Below, piece by piece: positions 47,601-56,406 of a DNA stretch of 64,000 nt (positions are counted from its first letter, which is position 1; every line of letters starts with the position of its first letter). The notes under the pieces are model-generated. The model made no database searches and was not told the DNA's origin. It saw only the letters and a program-made list of their open reading frames with translations. The position numbers were made by a program, and so were the translations under genes. The stretch spans positions 3,020,646 through 3,084,645 of the forward strand of contig NW_019091355.1 of assembly GCF_001949145.1 (NCBI RefSeq), given 5' to 3'. The DNA is from Acanthaster planci (lineage: Eukaryota).

Positions 47601-50484
47601 AGAGTTTGGTTCAAGTGTAACATCAGTTGTTGTTTGAAGCACACGGCTGCCTCTCGTCTGAGTGTCTGCACACCCATCTATGTTTATTTGCAGAACCGTG
47701 TAGGCATAATTGAATGCATAATAACAATGTAATATACTTGTAGAAATTGTAAAGCACCACAAGACCTGACAATTTTTTCATTCTAAGTTTCGGCTTGCTC
47801 AACGGGCTCACGACATCTGAACAGTCTTGAAACAGTCTCCGCTGCCTGGGGAATACAAAGCTTGACGCTGTGATGTCAGATGCAAACAGGTAAATAGTAT
47901 TTCTATTTCTGCCCTTACATGTACCCATTTTTTTTCCTGGACGGAGAGAGGGTGTACTTAGGGGTAAAGTTAAATGCTCAAAAACGCAACATGTAACTAA
48001 CTAATTTCTGATCCTACGATTGAGAGCAACAAACACTAAAGATGCGGCCACATGTCACTACTTTCTTTAAAAACTGCCCCATCAGTAGCCACTTTCTCAG
48101 CCACACATACCAACAAACTTACTCATCTTGGATGGGCTACCTTTGCCATGGTAACCTCGCCCGTTAGGCAAGGGTGAGGACTCGGTGAGTTTGTTAAGTA
48201 ATAGTGGCTTTATATCGGCATCATCCGACTCGTAATCTTTGGTGTACACATGGTTGGCCTCTTGCATGTCACAAATCATCTGGTGGAACTTCAACACCCC
48301 CTTACGGCCCCCGGCCATGCCATTGGAGTGCCTGGGGGCCTTAGTCAGTTCAATAGGACCATCGGTGCCTTCGCCCTGAGTATTCCTGTCCGACGGCGGA
48401 ACCACTTGGACCTTGATGCTGAGATCGATGGGGAGCTGGCAGGAACTGGGCTCCTGACTCGTGGGGGCTGCCGGGGCAGCGGGTGGCCGCGGCTCAGCCC
48501 CGGGCCTCAGGTCCTCCTCGCAGGTCTGCGAGCCTGCATCACTTGTGGCCTTGCGCTCGGCGTGGCAGCTGCAGGCACAGGACGAGCAGCTGCAGCAGCG
48601 GAGGGGCAGCCGGCGCTGCTGCTGTGACTGCAGCAGCTGTTGCCGGGCCAAGCTGGCCTGGGTGTTGTTGACCAAGGCCAGGCCTGCAGCGCTGAGGGCC
48701 CTCTCCATGTCCGCCTGGGTCATGATAGGGTGGGTGTTGACCGGCAGGTAGGGCCGGGGCTGAAACATGCTGGCAGGCAGATTGGCCATGGACAGACCAT
48801 CATGAGCATAGCCTCGGGAACGCTTCCTCTTGGACATGTGCTGCTGACACAGAAGCAAAATAATTTAAGTTTATTGGCCAAATTGACACTAAGTCAGAGC
48901 ACCCATAAAAATGATAGAAAAGAAATCATGCTTGTAGTTGTACTAACCCACCATACACAAAATTTCAAGATTTTTGTGTCAGTGACAACTGTTAAGGAAC
49001 ATTAAATGTATGTATTCTCTCAATTTAAGAAATTTCAGTTCAGCCTGTTTCAAGCAAAACGAAGTCGGACATCAATGATCTTTAAGTATGCATTGTTAAC
49101 TTCCCATGCCTTTGGCAACAGTTTTTCAACTGGGAAAAAAATGACCTGTTCACAAAAATAGCAATTACAAGTCTCCTCTTTAGGTGTATCATCCTGGCCT
49201 TCTGCTTTTGCCGTCAGGGTGTCAACTGTTGTTTCAAGTTTGAACCAAAACTTGGCAGAATAAAGCAACCATTGAAAACCTTTACTGATTTCACAATGGT
49301 CAAAGCCTTGGTCCCAGCTGCCATTCAATCAAGAATCAACCGACAGCAACACATAAAAGACCAGGCATGTAACACAAAAGAAAACAGTTACACTTGTGTA
49401 CAGTGCTCTTTTTTGGGGGGTACAAATGGAAATGCCCAGAAATTTTCCACCTCCTGGTCATGAGTGAATGAAGTTGGAACTAGCTACAATGCCATATCAT
49501 TGTTATGGAATAATGTCAGGCTCTTCAAGATGTGTGCAATGGTTTCTCTTCTCTTCCCTAAAAATATTTCTTCTTTTAATTGTAACTTTAATGAGAGTAG
49601 TCCCTTTCTGTCAAAGTGCTGCCTTTCGAAGGAGTCCCTTAGATTAAGTCAACCTTGACCAGCAATTTTCCTGAATTATTTTTCAGCTGGGATGGAGATT
49701 ATACCATGGAGTAATAAGATACTAACCAAACCAATCATTACACAAGGTATTGAGGGAACAACTACCACAACATTTCTCATTGTACTAGGCTACCATCTAG
49801 GTACAGCCTACAGGTTATCACAAACATAATCCAGAAAAAGATAGGCCTATGTGTAATGTACAATCTACACTTTGAATAGTCCCCACTGTACAATATTCCC
49901 CACTGAAAGTAAACAATCAGCGCTCATTAAGGTATTCAGAACCTGACTCCAAGAAATTTGAAAAATCTTGCAAATCTCACATCTCAGTGTGCTAAAAACA
50001 AATATGTGAAATATATCAGGACAACCTACATTAAATTTATCTGACACACGAGTCATGTAAGCAAAATTGTTGAATTACTTCAAGTCTAAAAGAAGATTCA
50101 ATCAAAACAAAGACAATGACCACAGTTTGGGTGGAGGCCACCAGTTCTAGCATTGACAAGTGCCCAATGATATGAAAACTCAGCACACAATAAAAGTATG
50201 AGGAAAGAAAGAACGCAATTCTAACTCACTGTGTTCACTCTCTGACGGCCAAGCCTGGGCCGTCTCTTTGCATGCAAATTGTTCCGGTTGAATGGAGCGA
50301 CCAAGCCTAACGGCCTTGTCCCGATGTCTTGGCTGCCTGTCGCTGGCAGCTGCTCCGCTGCGCTCGCCTCACACTTCGCCTTTGAGCTGTCGGCACTCAC
50401 GGTCAGATCTTTGCCGTTCAATTGTCCCCAGTTATGTAACTTCTCGGGAACATTTCCCGATTCCACGGCAACATCGAACGACAT
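32544..50484 (-). CDS. Paired-box transcription factor, Pax2/5/8-like (possibly Pax-alpha/beta type). Long model: complement join(50230..50484,48123..48843,46657..46822,46160..46357,42608..43365,34873..35159,34301..34433,33652..33825,32544..32647)
   Basis: The nine exons total 2796 nt, with compatible phases at all eight junctions. The paired domain is unambiguous. The flanking exons are inferred from open frames plus splice signals. The subfamily cannot be assigned without a tree. Confidence 0.7.
33652..33825 (-). CDS. Putative downstream Pax exon: (E)[57 protein letters not shown]
   Basis: tattcAG acceptor, G|GTAAC donor, 174 nt phase 1/1. Confidence 0.65.
34301..34433 (-). CDS. Putative downstream Pax exon: [44 protein letters not shown]
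   Basis: ctcacAG acceptor, G|GTGAG donor, 133 nt phase 0/1, fits both neighbours. Confidence 0.65.
34873..35159 (-). CDS. Putative downstream Pax exon: (E)[47 protein letters not shown]...YYQQQLI
   Basis: T-rich tract plus tAG acceptor, ATA|GTGAGT donor, 287 nt phase 1/0, GC-rich open frame. Confidence 0.7.
39690..39873. mobile_element. MITE related to family B
   Basis: TIRs GGCCCAATTTCATGGTGCTGTTACTGC / GCAGTAAGCAGCGCCATGAAATTGGGCC resemble those at 2474..2725. Confidence 0.75.
42194..42252. other. Assembly gap (59 N)
   Basis: Run of N. Confidence 1.
42585..43365 (-). CDS. Pax gene exon after the paired box (ILRNK..., Ala/Pro/Ser/Thr-rich). It ends at TAA 42585-42587 or splices at an internal donor after 42608.
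   Basis: tatAG acceptor completes the paired domain (R|ILRNK); long GC-rich open frame (ORF 42585..43397). Confidence 0.9.
46160..46357 (-). CDS. Paired domain exon 2 (linker/RED): [66 protein letters not shown]
   Basis: [26 protein letters not shown] and VPSVSSINR; 198 nt, phase 2/2. Confidence 0.98.
46657..46822 (-). CDS. Paired domain exon 1 (PAI): [55 protein letters not shown]
   Basis: Classic GVNQLGG.F.NGRPLP and [17 protein letters not shown]; 166 nt, phase 1/2. Confidence 0.97.
48123..48843 (-). CDS. Pax gene N-terminal exon (MSKRKRSR basic motif, Q-rich stretch, Cys cluster, PIDLS)
   Basis: GC-rich 240-codon open frame (ORF 48097..48858), tgtcAG acceptor, A|GTAAGT donor in phase 1 matching the paired-box exon. 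Confidence 0.8.
50230..50484 (-). CDS. Pax gene putative first coding exon ([15 protein letters not shown]...RQRVNT)
   Basis: ATG in gtcATG context, 85 open codons, strong ACA|GTGAGT donor in phase 0 matching the next exon; sits beside a CpG-rich promoter-like region. Confidence 0.6.
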
Positions 50485-50489
50485 GACGC

Positions 50490-50760
50490 CTTTTTGCGGG
50501 CTATGAAGGCTGGAATAAGTCAGGAACGCCGATTATTTCGGCAGAATCGGCGCATAGTTTATCAGCACAATAGTTCACCGATCAACGAGAAGAATGGCGG
50601 ATTTAATGTCAATATATACGAGGGAAAGGGCTCACCGCATTCCCTGGCCCTGATTGGCCGACTGCGCCATTGCCAGCCTATTAACATAATTTCACCAATG
50701 ACACGCATGAGTGATTACTGGCAATAGGAAAAATGGGATTTCTCCGAGCGGTGGCGCCCT
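50490..50760 (-). promoter_or_regulatory. Putative promoter/5'UTR of the Pax gene
   Basis: CpG-rich; CCAAT boxes at 50653-50657 (ATTGG) and 50695-50699; paired-domain-like site at 50700-50713; directly upstream of ATG 50484. Confidence 0.45.
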
Positions 50761-51220
50761 TTTTGTTGCGGGAAAAATTAAACGCCGTGCGTGGCCCTGT
50801 GTTCAGCAGGGGTTTGACCGGTGCAGAGATATTGCTTTCAATTTTCCGTTTGCATTTCCGAAATGAAGGGACGAAGCGAATTGGACATTTTGAGAGGGAA
50901 AGTTTCAACATTGGTGAATGTGGAGTACATGGACATTTGCCCCATCCCATAAGGTGTGTTTGTCAAACTTTTGTGTTCAAAATGCTTAGTAGACTCAGAG
51001 TGTATGTAGGGCCTAGCTTTGTTTATAGGCCTAAATGCAATTTGCTGTTTTGTAATAGGAGCACAGCCGTTATTGTGTGAGCCAATCCAATCACCAAATT
51101 CAGGGGTTTTTTCGGCTAAAACGGAGATTTCAGCTGCAGCTACATGTACATCTGGCTAGAATTTGTAATATTTAGGAGTTTAATTTCTTTTGTGTGGCGG
51201 TTCATTTCAGCGACAGTCAC

Positions 51221-51358
51221 CAGTGTTGTAGGTCTCGAGACCATTGTTTCCTGGTCTCGATCTCGGGACCCTGTCTCGTTCTCCGGTCGGACTTTAAGGT
51301 CTTGGTCTCGGACCTTCAGGTCTCGGTCTGGGACTTCCATGTCTCGACTACAACACTG
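51221..51358. mobile_element. hAT-type MITE with internal GGTCTCG repeats
   Basis: Perfect 11-bp TIRs CAGTGTTGTAG / CTACAACACTG; 8-bp TSD ACAGTCAC / ACAGTCAT. Confidence 0.85.
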
Positions 51359-51779
51359 ACAGTCATTTCAATTAAAACAAGTGGCAAAGCTGTCCCACTT
51401 TTGCATTATGAGCAAATTTTCTGTTGACATTTTGAACAAAACACTGCACTTGCCTTCCTGATATGGCACTGTATGAACAGTGCCCTTATTTTTCGGGGAA
51501 AACCTGCCGTATTTTTAAGTTTAAGGATATTTTTCAAAAATAAGATTGATCAAGAAGGGGTGTTGAGAAACCTTTTTGGTTTTTTTCAAGAGTAGCAGAA
51601 AGTTGCACGAAATACATGCGTGCTACCACTATCAAAACTTATGTCAGTATAGAAATTCAGGTGTTGTAAACAAAATGTTTAAGATTTATCCTAATATGTC
51701 TGTCATGAACCATTCCTACTTGGCTTCAGAAAATGTTCTACAACATCTGTAATCTGTTGAAACAGCTTATGACTGCATT

Positions 51780-52025
51780 TGGGTAATTCCAGAATTTGGG
51801 GTCCATTTTTTTTTGTGTCTCTGAAACATCGGACATATGATTCTGTAAGTTCAGAACACATTTTCTAATTTCCAAGAGTGATGAAATTAATGCAAATTAC
51901 CTGCCAAACAAACAGAAAGTTTGAAATCAATTCCGGTGATATTTCCATGTCAGATAACAAACGTCAGATGTAACAGGGACACAAAAATGTCACACTTTTG
52001 GACCTCTAATCTCTGGAATTACTCA
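51780..52025. mobile_element. MITE, family A copy 2
   Basis: Colinear with 111..359 throughout (e.g. tgtaagttcagaacacattt, aacaaacgtcagatgtaacaggg), same orientation, same TIRs. Confidence 0.85.
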
Positions 52026-52357
52026 TTTACAAATGAAGAAAACTATTTGGTGCAGATCTGCTTAAATCTTTCTTTTTTATTTATTAAGGTTCCCAACAAT
52101 GTTTAAGTACACCGACCAACGACTACCGCTTAACTTTAGGTTGGATTTCCCAACTTTTTAAATTGCTCAAAACAGCCCAAAAGGCCTATGTTACATACAA
52201 CTCTGTATTCACCCTTTCACTAAAATGCATTACTTTCACAACAATAATCTGTCAGGCATTAATAGAAACTTTTTTCACAATCACTTCACACCACATCCAT
52301 TTCTCGTTTAATATTTTTGGTGCATCTCTTGAATATATCAAATTTTAGTATTCAGAG

Positions 52358-52544
52358 CACTGGCCGCAGAAGCAGGGGAGGCTAGTGGCCCGCTACTTTT
52401 TCGACTGGGGGGGCTTGCCCCCCTTCCACTTTCTGCAGGTCCTTTAATTGGTTGGATCTCAATGGATCGAGCTATTAATGGCCGATGCCTGATGGTCTCG
52501 ACATCAACTGGCCCCCCACTTTGACAATCGCTCCGCCGCCAGTG
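52358..52544. mobile_element. hAT-type MITE
   Basis: TIRs CACTGGCCGCAGAAGC / GCTCCGCCGCCAGTG; perfect 8-bp TSD ATTCAGAG (52350-52357 and 52545-52552). Confidence 0.85.
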
Positions 52545-54428
52545 ATTCAGAGCGGTAGTCGGTGGTGGTAAAATTTTTAAAATAAATGCAAACTCGTAAT
52601 GTTCAAAATGTGTACATACCCCCCCCAACACCAAGAAGAAATCTATTAGGAAGGTTTACACCAATAATTTGAAAGGCAATATGAAAGTCCTACAGTTTGT
52701 AACCCACTGTGGCTGTCCTCTGCTATTTGTGCACAACCAGTAACTTTTGTCTTGACATGGAGCATGGAGGCTTGAAAATGTATGACCCGCTCTGCGAAAA
52801 AGGGTATTAATATAAGGGATGCTGTGCTGTTTCACACTGAGGGCTTTTCTATGTGGAGAGGGTGAATTTTTACTTCTTGGTTTATTGGCTTTGTATATCA
52901 GTAATTTCACAATTCATACAAGAAACCTAACTGTTGCTATGGGTATCAAGAGATTTTCTTCTTGGCTGATTTCTTTTTCCACTTCGATCCTGTGTTCAAA
53001 GGGCTTTATCTCTGAAAGCACTTCTGTTAACCCTAACAGTCCCAAATCCTCCGATTTCAATATGATTTTACATACACCCTAGGGGGTTAGGGTTAATGTT
53101 TATGATATGATTATGCAAAAATTAGTATATCTCCGGATTGCAAAATGCCACAGGGTTCAAAAATACACTAAATGAATGCTTACAATGTAACAATTCAAAT
53201 GTATACAAAAAAATGTCCCATAATACCCATTTTTGTGGAGCAGGTCACATATGTGACTGACAAGCTTGGAAATTGGAGATAAGTAAATTCAAGCAAGGGG
53301 AGAGGTTTTTATGTTGGATTTCATTGACACCAAAGGTTGCAAGTGGTAATGTGTTCCAACGTAAGGTCGGGAAATCTATGTTAAATTTGGTAGAGCTTTA
53401 TCAAACTTTCATTTATTGTTCAACCATTAAATTAATCAATATCTTGGTTGTATTTTAGGAGATACAAAGTTTAATGATGACCCTTGCTGGATGTGATGAA
53501 TAAAACTTATTCAAACACAGCTAGTTGCTCAGAGGTCAGTGGTTAGAAAAAAATTACATGTAGTTGCCCGTAGTGTTGAAAAATGTTTCAATTTCCTGAG
53601 ATGTGGTTAAGCATAAGGCCTAGGGTTCCTGTAACTCCTTTGAAATTTGTTTGATATCAAATGTACATGTTATGATGCTTTTTGAGGGCATCATAGACTT
53701 TCAGAGTCCAGACTTTTTAAAGGTACATGTAATACCCTGTAACTGTCAAATGGAAACTTGTCAATTTCGGCGTAAACGTTCGAACCGATAGAGATTTTAC
53801 ATTTGGGGTAAGGTTGACAGAGGGCGCAATCTGTGCCGTCCGCGAAGCTGCTGCTCAAATGCGGCAGCAGAGAACGTTGCGTACGGTCACTGCGTGCAGC
53901 ACATGCGTCGTGATTGCGGGTCGAACGAGGGCGCTCTTTTTCAACTGTCGTGGACAGGGTTTCCTCCATTATAACGACTGCTTTACTAGACAGCTTTTAA
54001 ATATAAAACCTTTCGGTAAAGGTTTTTACTCTGAGAGAGCAAAAATTTAACAGTCCATAACGGACCCAAATTGCCGTTTTCTGAAGGTTAGTCGAGATTT
54101 GTTGCCGATAGTGAGCTTAGATTTAGTCTCGGTAGATAGGTGACAGAAATCACATGTAGGCCATGATGGGTTGACGTGAACTTTTTTTTAAATTTCATAT
54201 CGAGAAATCATATCCTTTTTTCCATATCGAAGCTTTCATTGTTTTTCTGCTAATCATACTCAAGTTCTTAACTTTGTGTGGCTCTGTGTGCATATTCACC
54301 CGTTCTCTAAACCCGACCTGCCGACCGCCGTTGCTCCATATTATGTCCAATAAGTGGCTTAAATGTGAATAAAATATGGTATCCGAGTTCTTTAAATTCA
54401 TGTGAACTTAACAATTCGAATTCTCTAT

Positions 54429-54617
54429 ACTAGAGACACTGTTGCTATACCCCGTGATCCAGGGCAAGCTTTTGCTCAGTTTTTAAAGAGACGTCTTGCA
54501 TCAATACACTGTTTCAGTGTATGAGAAGGGCACCAAGGAACCAATCCATTCCAGAGATGGTGGTTGCTATGCAAAAGCTTGCCCCGTATCACAAGGTATA
54601 GCAACAGCGTCTTTAGT
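54429..54617. mobile_element. MITE with 47-bp imperfect TIRs
   Basis: ACTAGAGACACTGTTGCTATACCCCGTGATCCAGGGCAAGCTTTTGC mirrored at 54571..54617. Confidence 0.75.
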
Positions 54618-55113
54618 CTCGGGAGTTCAAGTTGTGTTTATGTGCAATTGGATAACTCAGTGTGCCAGGTTTTGTTCATATTTAACTCGCAAAAGGCTTG
54701 TTCCTGCATTCCCTAGTAGTTGCGCTTAAAAGGTTTGCATGATGCATGGGACGATTTTTTTTCTATTCACTGATATACATCCAAGCCCCAAACCGATTTG
54801 GCAGTAACCCTTCACACACGCGTCAGTTCTTTTCACAGCAACTTGCAGCGCTCAGACCCCACTGAGGTCAGCAACATGAAAGGGGAGATTTCAGTCCCCT
54901 TTTATAATACGTCTCCTTGGATTCGGCAGCGGATAATGAAGACCGCATGAATCCAACAACAATGGCGTTAAGCGTTGGCATGAGAAAAGGGGGTCGTGGT
55001 TCGTGGTCTGGGAAAAAAAACCTAGTGCGGGGTGAACGCCGAGGTTTTTTGTCTCTCTTTGCTGAACTTATTTTTCATTTTTTGTGATGTGACGTGTGAA
55101 TGGTGTGATGGCA

Positions 55114-55850
55114 GTTTTGACCCGCGGTGAACTCAGGTCCCGAGTATTCAGACAAAACCCTCTATCTAAGACGCTGGCTCCGCCACTGTGTGACGGTCAA
55201 CGCGCGCAACGATTTTCCATCGATGCGGGTTTGGTCAGTTCCAAGTGGCGGTGTGCGAGTGGTTTTCGTTTTGGTCAACAGTCAGCACAGCAAATTATCG
55301 TGGGGTGAATTAAATTGTAAAGACTGCCGGTCACCGGTTTAAAGTAAATAGCTTGCCGAAAAGCCAGTGTAAGCGTAGCCAAGTTAAATCTGCCGTTTAT
55401 TGGTGTCGTTTGGACTTAACTCGAGGGACACCTCTTCCACCAAGAAAGTTTCTTCGTCCCGAGGCAGTTGTGATTTTCCATTTTTCGATATGATATCGGG
55501 TTGCAACTCTTACAAAAATCTTACACATTTTGGTCAGTTGGAAGTGGAACAGGCAAATTATGCTTCCTGATTTGGTTTTTCCCTACAAATGTTTACTCAT
55601 TCGGGTGTAAAAGCTAGCATTGCGTAATACAGTTGTGAATATGTTGGAGCCACATGCACGTGGCAGTTGCGTAAGAGGAAACTGAGCTGCGTGTGAGTTG
55701 TTTTGACCCGCTGTGAACTCGGGTCCCGAGTATTCAGACACAACCCTCTGTCTAACAAGAAATCTAATAAGATGCTGGCTCGGGCTCCGCCATTGTGTGA
55801 CTTGAACAAACTGGTCCGTGAGGGGATGAAACGGTCAACGCGCGCAACGA
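55114..55850. repeat. Two diverged direct copies (55114..55212 and 55700..55850)
   Basis: Shared gttttgacccgc.gtgaactc.ggtcccgagtattcagaca.aaccctct...ggctccgcca.tgtgtgac...cggtcaacgcgcgcaacga; the second copy has extra internal segments. Confidence 0.8.
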
Positions 55851-56034
55851 CTTTCCCTCGACGCTGGTGCTCCAAAAAGAAAATTGGTCAGGCGCCATGA
55901 ACCAACCCTCCGGCAAAGGAAAGCCTGACACTCCTATCCTGTGCTCATAAGTTTTCAACTCTTTCCGCATGTACCTGCAACCAGTCTAACCAGATTTCAG
56001 GAAGAGTCAGACAGACGAACTCGCAGCAGTCTCG

Positions 56035-56406
56035 TTAAAGAGTGCCTTTAAGGAAAATATGTTTTCTTTAATTTGATCTGTTCAAATAAATATGGAAGCA
56101 TCCAAATCGAATGCAGTGTCATTTGTGTTCAAAGCTCAACTATAACAATGTAAAAAGGCCTTTTTTCTGTTCATGCCTAGATGCGAATTCTGAGTGTAGA
56201 TTGCGTCATTCGGAGAAAACGAGGGGAACCCTCGCCCTGTGTTCGTAGTGGATAAACCCTTGTGCTTGCCTAGCAATGGCTACGTTTGAAGCTTGTTATA
56301 GTTGAGCTCTGAAGACAATTGACACTGCGTTCGATCTGGATGCTTCCAATTTTATTTGAACAGATAAAATCAGAGAAAACATGTTTCCCTTAGAGGCGCA
56401 CTTTAA
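56035..56406. mobile_element. Kolobok-like MITE with long TIRs
   Basis: TTAA-AG...CT-TTAA ends; ~115-bp imperfect inverted arms (e.g. ggaagcatccaaatcgaatgcagtgtca / tgacactgcgttcgatctggatgcttcc). Confidence 0.8.

Noticed and set aside
32544..50484. Assigning the symbol PAX2/PAX5/PAX8
   Set aside because: The divergent PAI subdomain and atypical architecture prevent a confident orthology call without a phylogeny.
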